64,000 bases of DNA, from NCBI RefSeq assembly GCF_018977255.1, contig NW_024704742.1, positions 122,948,001-123,012,000 of the forward strand, in the 5' to 3' direction. The notes under the pieces are model-generated. The model was given only the letters and a program-made list of their open reading frames with translations. It made no database searches and was not told where the DNA came from. Within the stretch, counting starts at the first letter, position 1. Every line of letters begins with the position of its first letter. Shown here one piece after another: positions 38,705 through 49,259 of the stretch. The position numbers and the translations under genes were made by a program. The DNA comes from Callorhinchus milii (lineage: Eukaryota).

Positions 38705-38828
38705 CTATAAATAACTTTAGAAATTCCCTTGTCGTTCCCATCAATCAACACACCATCTATACATCGAAAAATAAATGGGTTGCATATGGATTGGAAAAGG
38801 ATTGGATTATATTGTTGATAGACACTTC
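38705..38828 (-). CDS. SETD9: SETD9 exon 3
   Basis: SVYQQYNPILFQSICNPFIFRCIDGVLIDGNDKGISKVIY. Confidence 0.95.
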
Positions 38829-39049
38829 CTGTTTTTCAAACAAAGAGAACATCAGGTAAATATGACTGAATTAAGTTCACAATATATTTCCTAGATTACA
38901 CATGTCTATAATAATCCTTCAATTACATAGTATTATTTCATCCCAATTTTGGGGATAACATAACACTACTCTAAATGCAAGGATTCTATCCCAATTTTTA
39001 TTTCATTGGTGCTAATACAGTGCATGTTTACAACCAGGAGATACAATAT

Positions 39050-39420
39050 AAATTTCCATTTATATAGACACTGGGAGGACATTCCCAACAGTACTGGCGA
39101 GGCACCCGATCTGGGGAGGGAGCCAAGAATTTGGGGGTAAAGATGACCAAAAAGCACTGTCAAAGAGAAAGATCTTGAAATGGACCTTGAAAGATATGAT
39201 GGAGGGAGCGAGTGAAAGGGATGGCATTCCAGAGAGTGGGGCCGAAAAAAGGCAGGGTGGATAGGGTGGGGGACACGGAGCAAACTAGTGCTCGGTGACT
39301 GAAGGGAGCAGCTAGGACGGTGGGGTTTAAGGAGGTTAGAGATAGGATGGGGTGAGACAGTGGGAGGGATTTAAAGATGAGAACGAGGATCTTGAACCCA
39401 ATCCGCTGGGGGGATGGGAA
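39050..39420 (-). mobile_element. Degenerate LINE2 3' fragment
   Basis: Reversed tail and FKILVLIFKSL-like remnant. Confidence 0.65.
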
Positions 39421-39941
39421 GCTAATGGATATTCCTTACTACTGATACATGATGATGCCGGAGTCCTCACAAACAATCCCCTAGATGAAAAATTGGTCAC
39501 GCGCTTGATGGCTGTTGGTGGGACATTGCTATTCACAAACTGACCGCCGCAAATGCCTACAAATAGTCACATCATAGTAAAACTCTGCGAAGCGCTTGGA
39601 GACACTGATGGTGTGATAAGGTGCAATATCAAATGCAAGATTATTATCATTATAACCTTGATCAAGTGATGTTCACTAAGATCACTATGGGTACATATCA
39701 TAGAATAATCTGCAGTCAGGAAAGATTTTTCCACCATGGTTAGTGTGAGATAGAACACTCTGCAAACTACGAATAACATTCTTCTGGTGATCACTCTCGC
39801 AGGAGATCACAATACTCCAGTGAGTCCCCACTACCCAACCCAAAGCAAACACTTACACAACACAGTTACCAGTTAAGGCAACTCTTTGTAATCATAAAAT
39901 GCCACCAGAACAACACAGAAATGAACGTGGAAAAACAGTAC

Positions 39942-40303
39942 CGGGATACATGGAAACAACTGCTCCTTTAGGCACTGTTCCTGCAGTGACAAACACCCCC
40001 CTGCCAGCCAGAGAAAGTGAACTCGTTGCTCGATTTATACTGAATCCAAGTGTTTCAAACATTGCGTCACCAGAATTAAAATCCACTCTGTTTCCTTTTA
40101 TTCCGTTTCCAGTTTCTGTAATTGACTGAGGTAAGACGTTCTGGTATTTGGATTGAATGTTTTCCGGCAGCAGGTTAAGAAACTCGGTTTGATTGCTCAA
40201 GTCACTCACAAACAAAGCGTGGAATAGTTGGATAAGGGACGTCTGTACCACATGGTCAGAAATAACTTTATCCAATGAATCATCCATCACCGAGCGCAGT
40301 GTC
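39942..40303 (-). CDS. SETD9: SETD9 exon 2
   Basis: TLRSVMDDSLDKVISD...AGRGVFVTAGTVPKGAVVSMYP. Confidence 0.93.
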
Positions 40304-40379
40304 CTGTAATCACAGGGAAAGGGATGGTGTCAGACAGACAGACAGACAGACAGGTGGTACCACCTGAGCGTATTGTTAC

Positions 40380-41295
40380 TGACTGTTGACAGTTTAGTGT
40401 TATTGATTATTGACAGTTTATTTTCTGTTGACTTATTGATTAATAACAGGTTATCGTTATTGACAAGTTATTGATTATTGACAAGTTGATTATTGACAGG
40501 TGATTGTTATTGACAGGTTATTGATTATTGACAGGTTATTGCTGTTGTTATTGGCAGGTGATTGATTATTGACAGGCTATTGATTATTGACAGGTTATGG
40601 CTGTTGTTATTGGCAGGTGATTGATTATTGACAGGTTATTGATTATTGACAGGTTATGGCTGTTGTTATTGACAGGTTATTGATTATTGACAGGTTATGG
40701 CTGTTGTTATTGGCAGGTGATTGATTATTGACAGGTTATTGATTATTGACAGGTTATGGCTGTTGTTATTGGCAGGTGATTGATTATTGACAGGTTATTG
40801 ATTATTGACAGGTTATGGCTGTTGTTATTGGCAGGTGATTGATTATTGACAGGTTATTGATTATTGACAGGTTATGGCTGTTGTTATTGACAGGTTATTG
40901 ATTATTGACAGGTTATGGCTGTTGTTATTGACAGGTTATTGATTATTGACAGGTTATGGCTGTTGTTATTGACAGGTTATTGATTATTGACAGGTTATGG
41001 CTGTTGTTATTGACAGGTTATTGATTATTGACAGGTTATGGCTGTTATTATTGACAGGTTATTGATTATTGACAGGTTATGGCTGTTGTTATTGACAGGT
41101 TATTGATTATTGACAGGTTATGGCTGTTGTTATTGACAGGTTATTGATTATTGACAGGTTATGGCTGTTGTTATTGACAGGTTATTGATTATTGACAGGT
41201 TATGGCTGTTGTTATTGACAGGTTATTGATTATTGACAGGTTATGGCTGTTGTTATTGACAGGTGATTGATTATTGACAGGTTATGGCTGTTGTG
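40380..41295. repeat. 41-bp minisatellite (18-mer GACAGGTTATTGATTATT + 23-mer GACAGGTTATGGCTGTTGTTATT), about 19 units plus a degenerate edge, filling SETD9 intron 1
   Basis: Directly visible; period checked at 40866 and 40907. Confidence 0.96.
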
Positions 41296-41315
41296 AAGGC
41301 TGTGGCTGTTGTCAC

Positions 41316-41401
41316 CTCTGGTTCTTGTTCAGGTTGAGGGCGATCCAGGGCACAAACCGGTGTCTGTAACTTCTCCACTTGGAGAGAAACCGCTGCAGCA
41401 T
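41316..41401 (-). CDS. SETD9: SETD9 exon 1
   Basis: MLQRFLSKWRSYRHRFVPWIALNLNKNQ+AG|gtgac. Confidence 0.9.
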
Positions 41402-41830
41402 CGCCGGGGGTCCGGGGAGGGGGTCCGGGGTCCGGGGAGGGGGTCCCGGGGAGGGGGTCCGGGGAGGGGGTCCGGGGAGGGGTCCGGGGGAGAAGCACAC
41501 GGGGGGGAGACCGGACCAGGTGCCGAGGTCGGGCCTGGGCCTGAGTGCGGGACGGCGCCGCCTCTTCTGATTGGCTCCTGAGCGGTGTGGGCGGGGTTTG
41601 GGCGGGGTGTGGGCGGGCTGTGGGCGGGCTGTGGGCGGGCTGTGGGCGGGGTTTGGGCGGGCTGTGGGCGGGGTGTGGGCGGGGTTTGGGCGGGCTGTGG
41701 GCGGGGTTTGGGCGGGCTGTGGGCGGGGTGAAAGGTGTGGGCGGGTGTGCGCGGGGGTTGGGCGGTGTCACGCCCAATTGGGCGGGTTTGTTCTTATAAG
41801 AAACATGTCTTTGGGCGGGTGTCTAATGTT
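41402..41830 (-). promoter_or_regulatory. SETD9: SETD9 GC-rich 5' region/promoter: GGGGTCCGGGGA repeats, CCAAT (41570-41574, minus), 13 tandem GGGCGG boxes
   Basis: CpG-rich; GGGCGG at 11-bp spacing from 41589 to 41721. Confidence 0.8.
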
Positions 41831-42152
41831 TAGTTTAAACCGACACAATAGGGAAAAGTAGGGGAGTTTGCCAACCAACATAATTCCTTTTCCTACATTT
41901 ATATAACGACTTGAAGAAATTTACACGCATGCGGAAACTTGCTGCAACTGCCCCTGAAGTCAGGAGGGAACATAAAAACACAGACACGCAGAGCGCACCA
42001 TCCAGTTTAAAGCGCTCCAGAACACTACCCTGCACGAAGGGCGCTATATAAGTGCAAGTTGTTGTTGTTCCGCATTTCAAGTCTTCAGACACACAAAGTA
42101 AAAGTGACAAAAGTGTCACTTCAAAATGCAAGAACAATAGGAGTTCCTAAAC

Positions 42153-42668
42153 GACCAAAATACTGCAGATGCTGGAAATCCGAAACAAAGTTTTCCCAAC
42201 CACATCTCTTCCCTCAGTAACTGTCTTTAACTGCAACTAATTCCATATGGATTCCGTCCTCAATTCCACCCTTCCTGCTTTCAATCCACCCATGATCACA
42301 GATACCTTTGACTGTTTGTGGGACACTGCTGTGCGCAATTGGCTGCCGCGTTCACCCACAAATATACAGTCAATTCACTTTACAGTGTATTCTGTGAAGC
42401 GCTTTGGGACGTCCTCCCGACGTGAAAAGCGCTATACCAAATGCAAGGATTATTATTATTATTATTATTATTACCTGAAATTCGGCACTCTTCTGATCAC
42501 TGCTCTCACCGTCTCATGAGATCTACTGTCTCCAGCCTGCGCCGACATATGCATACGCTCCACCAGTTCTGATGAAGGGTCGTGGACCTAAAACGTTGAC
42601 TCACTTTCCTTTCTCCATAGATGTTGCCTGACCTGCCGAGTGTTCCCAGCGACTTCTATTTTTTTTCC
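42153..42668 (+). mobile_element. Penelope-like element fragment (pLTR with minimal hammerhead motif, inverted pLTR piece at 5' end, nested SINE), 13-bp TSD
   Basis: GGAGTTCCTAAAC at 42140-42152 and 42669-42681; CTGATGA-A-GGGTC-gtg-GACCT-AAAAC-GTT; family assignment from recall. Confidence 0.7.
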
Positions 42669-43073
42669 GGAGTTCCTAAACTCGTCAATAGAGCCATTAA
42701 TTGTCAGGTCACTGAAATGTTTATCGAGGCCTGCAGATTACTTGATTAATATCATTATAAGTATAAATCTTAGGTGATTAATGTGATACCTGAAGTAATT
42801 ACTATCAACACAATAGCTTGAAATCTGTCCATCTCAGTTCGCAAGATCACAAGAAGTTTGAATGACGAAGGCCTTTCAGCACATTTGATCGCATCCTTCT
42901 AGAACACCATCTTTCTGTCCTACCACCATGGCCACGATGCTAAACTCATTTAAACAACAGTTTGATAGCATCAACACCTGGCCTCAACACATTTCCTGAT
43001 AACCTGTTTGAATTGTTAATTACCTGTTGTGTGTAAAACAAATATATTCCATGGTTCCTGTTGGAATATTCCT

Positions 43074-43180
43074 GTTCTAACGAAGGATCGTGGACCCGAA
43101 ACGTTGACTCACTTGCCTTTCTCCATGGATGCTGCCTGACCTGCTGAGTGTTCCCAGCGACTTCTGTTTTTGTTTCCAAA
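43074..43180 (+). mobile_element. Second Penelope-like pLTR fragment with hammerhead-like motif
   Basis: Near-identical to 42566-42668. Confidence 0.7.
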
Positions 43181-43279
43181 TACTCCATGGTGCCTGTCCT
43201 GGAATTGCCCTTTACAGCTCTGAACCTGTGCTGTCTTGTTCTCTTGCTCAGTTGCCTTGTGACTTGTCAGCTTGCTTCA

Positions 43280-44395
43280 TTTAGTAACATTCTTGCCTCT
43301 CAGTCAGAAGTTTCTGAGTTCAAACTCCAAGGTGAGGCGCTTGACAATGAAATGTCTGAATTGAGTCAGCCCTCTGAGGCAATCTTGGTAAGTTTGGTTC
43401 CTTGAGCCTGATAGTGCTCCAAGACACTATCAATTGGGTGGTTCCAGCTGGCCAAGTGGCAGGAAGCTTGACACACTAATGGCAATAGATTGGGCTGAGA
43501 CTTGAGTTCATAATTTGGGCCTTCATCTAATGTGCAATATTAAAGAAATGCTGTATTGTTGGAGGTGCTGTGTTTCAACAACAACAACAAATTACATTTG
43601 TATAGCGCCTTTCACATCAGGAGGACATCCCAAAACGCTAGACAGTCAGGGATCTGCACCCAAGTTGGGTGGTTGGGATCAGGACGGGTGGAGGGCAGGG
43701 AGGGTAGGGTGGGAGAGACAGTGGCGGAGCTAGACAATGTTATCGAGGTGGAGAAAGGCAGAGCGGGTCAAGGCATGGATGTGGGGGATAAAGGACCATT
43801 GAGGGTTGAACAAGATGCCGAGGTTCTGTATTGGCTCCATCACGTGTAGAGTGCATCCATGAAGGGAGATACTGTCAGCTGAGGTATGGATGTGCCGACA
43901 GGACCCAAGCAGGAGGGCTTTGGTCTTGTTGATATTCAACTGGAGGAAGTTTGCTCTCATCCAAGACTTGATGTCCGACAGGCAGTCTGTGAGGACAGCA
44001 GTGGTCCTGGAGTTGAGCGTGGAGGCAGAGTTGGGTGTCATCCTCATTCATGTGGAAGTTGTCCCCATGTCTATGGATGATGTCACTAAGAGGGAGCATA
44101 TATATAGATATTGAAGAGGAGGCGACCAAGGACAGAGCCCTGAGGGACACCACACGTGATGGTGCGGAGGCTGCAGGAGAAGCTGTTAGTGGATAAGATG
44201 TTAAACTGAGGTCCCATCTGCCTGTTCCCATAACACTATTTGATAAGAACTGGACAATTCACTGTTTGTTGGAATTTGCTGTGAACGACATAGCTGTCAT
44301 GATTGCCTACAAAAACAGCCATGATATTTGACGGTAATTACTATAAAGCAATGACATGTTTCATTATGATAAGGTACTATAAAAAATGCATTTTT
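43280..44395 (+). mobile_element. Old Deu-type SINE interrupted by minus-strand LINE2 fragment (43576-44183)
   Basis: GGAGGTGCTGTGTTT|insert|...GGATAAGATGTTAAACTGAGGTCCCATCTG; insert encodes CLSDIKSWMRANFLQLNINKTKAL. Confidence 0.7.
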
Positions 44396-46246
44396 TTTCT
44401 TTATTACAATGTATTTTCATTGTAGCCTTTATGTCAATCAAGCATTGTATTAATGAAGAAAATACCTTTCATTCTTAGGAGAGGACAAATGATTGAATAA
44501 TTAATGTATTTCAAGAGTGAAAAAAGGTAGTTGCTGAATTAAAGTAGCCTATCATATGGATAAAGCACTGTGTAAAATGCACACCAGTGATCTTCAATAG
44601 AACAATTTATTCCACAGGTAAATATTAAATTGAAACAACATCCCTATTTCCATACATAGTATATTGTCAGGTTTGTGAATAAACATTAAAACTATTGACA
44701 ATTTTAGCTGGTTCAGCTGTACTGTTGGCCACTGGGAGGTGCTGCTGCACAGTGTTGAAACATTTGCTGCAGTCAAATGTGCTCCATTCACAGCTAAATA
44801 TTGGATTGAATGAAACGCACAGAAACCAAAGAACGAAATATGGCCACTTAAAAAGATATGGCCAAAGCATCCATAAGACATTCGTAAACCTGAAGAATGC
44901 AAGTATTGAGACGAGTCTCTGCTTGAATTAACATTGTTAAAACTCCATTTAATTATCCATCATTAACTGCAAAGTGGTCCTGGATCTTTCAAAAAATATC
45001 AACGAGAAAATGTCATCCTATCAGCAATAATACACGACTAAAATATACACTTTAATTCATTATATATTTATAGTTAGCCCTTTTTGATGTGCTCTTTTAC
45101 CCATTCCATTAATTAAATCCATAATTTCTATTAATTATATTTTTTAAATTATGATTCTTGCATGGCAGCCAATTTGCACATACTAATGACCCCCAAACAG
45201 TCAACTGGTGAATGTCCAATTTATTTGGATAATTGTTGGTCAGGAGAAATTTCCTTCTCTTTTGAAATAGTGCTTAGACTCCTTAACATTCACTTTAAAA
45301 GGTAGACAGGACCTTGGTTTTATGTCTCATCTAAAGCAAGGCACCTTTTTATATGCTAACTGTTCAGTCATTGATTAAAATGTAAAATATAAGTTTAATA
45401 CGGTGCGTGTTTGTTTATGTATGCATGTCCTGAGCTCCCGGTGGGACCACATTTTCAAAAATGGCATCTGATTGGTTTCAAAGACCCCTTTGCTAGCCAA
45501 TTGATGTAGTGGGCTGTAAATAATGCTCTGGTTAAGATAGGTCCTGTGTAGTAACTGGGTCAACTTTTGAATACATTATTCACTTTATTCCTCAATCTTC
45601 TTTCACCTGCTGCTATCCTGTAGAGATGTTTCCTGATAATGTACTCTAATTTATAAACAAAGAGGCAAAAGCTAACCCAGGGAACTACAGACTGGTGAGT
45701 CCAATGTCTGTTGCTGAGGGCGTAGGAAGGGCATAGGAAACCAGGAAGAAGGGGACGCAATTCAGTCCATTAAATGAGGTCTGACCAATGCTCTATATAA
45801 CTGTTACATCCTGAGGGAGCAAAAACAATGAAACACCTGGAAAAATATGTAATTATATGAGAGATTCAGTGTGGCTTTCAGAAAGTTAACGTATGTCAAA
45901 TCTATTGGGTAGTTCCCCCAAACATTACAGACCTCTGGACAAAGGAAACAGAGGGTACTATGACACTGTACATTTAGATTTTTTGTAAAGCTTTCAACAG
46001 ACACACACACACAAGAGAATTGTGCACAAGATGGTAAGGCCTGAAATGGGAGAAGGAATAGCTTCTGAAGTGGATCAGAAAGAGTTTGAATCATAAGAAA
46101 CAACATGTTTGATTGGCCTTCTTCTGTTCCCCTTTTCCTATCTTACTCCTTAAGGTCTCCAATGTACATAGTCAGTAGCATAGAAGTAACGAACTAGACT
46201 GTCTCAGTGACCAGTGGTATGGCTAGCCCTATTTATGGTGAACATT

Positions 46247-46560
46247 CATAGATTCATAGCTTCATAGAATGTTACGGCACAGAAAGAGGCCATTCGGCCC
46301 ATCGAGTCTGTGCCGGCTCTTTGACAGAGCAAGTCACTTTCACTAACCCCAATCACCAGCTTTCTCCCCATAACTCTGCAAACCCGTCTTCCCCAGATAC
46401 CTATCCACTTCTCTCTTAAAAGCTGTTATCGAATCAGACTTCACTGCCCTTTCAGGCAGATCATTCCAAATTCGAACAACTCCCTGAGTGAAAAAATTTC
46501 TTCTAACCTCCCCTCTGCTTTTTTTGGTAGATATCATAAGACTGTGACCACGGGTAATAT
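46247..46560 (-). mobile_element. CR1 LINE 3' end
   Basis: TRGHSL...RRNFFTQGVVRIWNDLP...FKREVDRYL (CR1 ORF2 C-terminus); ATTCTATG-type tail. Confidence 0.88.
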
Positions 46561-47016
46561 ATAATTGATATGAGGAGGGAATAGACACTGTGCTTGTGGA
46601 TGATACCAAATCAGGTAGAGTTAAGAAGGACAGGCACCAGATTAACCAAATACAGAGGAATCTTGATAAGATTAAGGAGTTGGGCATCCAAGTGACAAAA
46701 CTGTTATCATTCAATGTGGTCCTCATTCTTGTAAAGTGCAAATGAAGATATGGCAGCCCATATCGCTTGAGAAAGGACAGGGAAAACTCCAGAAATAGAT
46801 TTGTTCAGAAGTTACTTGTGACTGTTCTCCCCAGCTCCACAATGAATAAAATCCGATTAATTCAAAACTCCACCATGTCAACTGCAATGGGTCAATTGTG
46901 TATTTATAGTTTAGTTTATGATAATTTGTCAGTTAAGGTTATGCCTAGCTTTTGTTTAAAAAAGGAATTTCTCAATAGCCACTCTCATGCAGAAAAAGGA
47001 TTTCTCAATCGTTGTA

Positions 47017-47263
47017 GTCCCGGCAGGGTGAAACCTTGGGCAAGTTTCCTTACTCCACACGCCTGATAATAATCCCTCAAGAAAAAAATAATTTGATCAC
47101 TCAATCCACGACTGTTTGTGGGACACTGCTGTGTGCAATTGGCTGCTGCATTTCACCCACAAATATACAGTCAGTTCACTTTACAGTCTATTCTGTGAAG
47201 CGCTTTGAGACGTCAAGAAGATGTGAAAAGTGCTATATCAAATGCAAGGATTATTATTATTAT
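47017..47263 (+). mobile_element. tRNA-SINE, 5'-truncated
   Basis: Body and (ATT)n tail. Confidence 0.85.
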
Positions 47264-48059
47264 TTAATTGTAATTAATTTAAATCAAATTGTTGAATTGG
47301 AAACTTGTGAGTCTTTGTGTGGTTCGAGATCCCAAAACAATCAAATCTCACACAGACATGAGAAAAGGAATTTTACAACCTTTATGTAGCAGTGTGCACA
47401 ATACAGAAACATATACCTGTAGTTACTAATCCAGAGAACAGAATATACAGTTGCAGGAATTTTCTTCTTTAAGTCGTATCTTCTTTTCTTATCTTGCCTT
47501 TTTTCCTGGGTCTGCTCCAACTTCAGCTTAGCTAGTGCCCCATATTTATATATGTGAACAAACAAGTTTTCGTAACCTCAACACCATCTGGTTGTCTCAC
47601 AGATACAATTTTTTTTTAACGTCTCACCTAACAATGACCATCTCATTTGAACATTCTGCAACGCCACCTAATTATCACTCACCGACACCACTTCTTTGTC
47701 TTAGGTCTCACATAACACAGGCCCCCTGTTGCACATTCCTTTTTCCCATGTAACTAAACCAGAGAAAGGACATCAGTCAAAGAAAAGCCAGAACCTATTC
47801 ATTCTAGCAAGTAAACAAGTTATACAAGTACTGTACAATCATCAGCAAAACTACATTCACTCCGTCTCGACTGGCTCCAGCCTCCTCCATGTGCCTTGTG
47901 CCCTCTGTGCCCCCAAAACTCTGGAACACTCTTCCCTCTATCCCTCCACCTTGCCCTTCCTTCACCTGAAGACCTTCTTCTTCGACCGTGCCTATAGTCA
48001 CCTGCCCCATGGCACCAATATCAAGCTCTCTGGGACGCCCAACCAGTCTGTTTTTCATA

Positions 48060-49165
48060 CTCCATAAGTCTCCATCAACTCCCTCCCATAACCTCTATTC
48101 CCCTCTCCCTCACATGAATATTTAGCTTCCTCTTAAATGCATCAATACAATTTGAATCAACCACTGCTTTGGGTAGTGTGTTCCACAATCTCACTACCCT
48201 GTGTATGAAGAATGTCCTCCCAAATTATTTTAGATCTCCTTGTCGCTATCTCAATACTTGTGTATATTGGTTATGGACTCCCCAACAAGTAGGAACAGCC
48301 TATTTATGCTAATCTTATCAAACCCTTTTATAATTTGAACCACCTCCATTTGGTCCCCTCTTAAACATCTCTCCTCTTGCAAAAAGAAGTGTAACCTATC
48401 GCGGCTATCCCCATAGCAGTAATCTGCCAGCCACAGTATCATTGAAGTCAACCTACTCTTTTCATCTATATCCTTCTAGAAGTGTGGCAACCAGAATTGC
48501 ACACAGTACTCCATTTGTATTCTAACTACGGTTTTATACAAAATCAACATTACCTCCTCGCCTTTATACTCTATCCCTCTGGATACAAAGTCCAGGACCC
48601 CATCAGCCGCTGAAACCCTCATACACACCTTCATTATTTCGAAGCTCGACTACGCAAACTCACTGCTAGTCGGCCTCCCCAACTCTCCTCCCTTCACAGG
48701 CAGCAGATCATCCAGAACTCCCGCACTAGGTTCCGCGACCCTATCACCCCCATCCTTGCCCAACTCCACTGGCTTCCCAGCACGCACAGGATACAGTTCA
48801 AGATCCTGGTCCTCACCTTCAAAGCCCTCCATGTTCTTGCTCCCTCCGCTCAGCGGGCTATGGCCTTCTTCACATCCACTATTGGCGGGCGGGCCTTCCG
48901 CCACTCTGCACCCGCCCTCTGGAACTCTATCCCGCAATCTCTCCGTCTCACCCCCTCCCTGCCCCCTTCAAGACCTTCCTCATGACCCTCCTCATCCACC
49001 ATGCTTTCGATCTCCCTGCTTCCCCCCTCTGCCCTCTACCCTCAGCTCGGGTCTGAAACTTGTCTGTCCAGCGCCTTGAGACGTCCTCCCGCCGTGAAAG
49101 GCGCTATACAAATGTAATTTTGTTGTTTATGGCCTCATCTACCTGTACCAGTACTCTTCAGTATA
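48060..49165 (-). mobile_element. CR1 fragment (minus) with a plus-strand LINE2 3' fragment at 48603-49128
   Basis: CR1 remnant LRGDQMEVVQIIKGFDK; L2 nearly colinear with 34930-35516. Confidence 0.7.
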
Positions 49166-49259
49166 TAGCTGAAACCCTGTATTGATTACCGTTTTGTATT
49201 GCACTGTATTGATTAGTTTTGCATACTGTGTGCAGTGAAAAGTGACAAAAGATGCAGAA

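Larger units (their letters stand above)
36287..41401 (-). other. SETD9: SETD9 gene coding span (6 exons, 882 nt CDS, 293 aa SET-domain protein)
   Basis: MLQRFLSKWRSYRHRFVPWIALNL...GEELFSNYYTIVH*; matches recalled SETD9; phases consistent. Confidence 0.95.

Noticed and set aside
40380..41295. CRISPR array or coding repeat
   Set aside because: Contiguous tandem units with no unique spacers; lies within an intron; stop-rich
41271..41861. Pro/Gly-rich ORFs over the SETD9 promoter
   Set aside because: Translations of the GC-box array; the real start is the ATG at 41401
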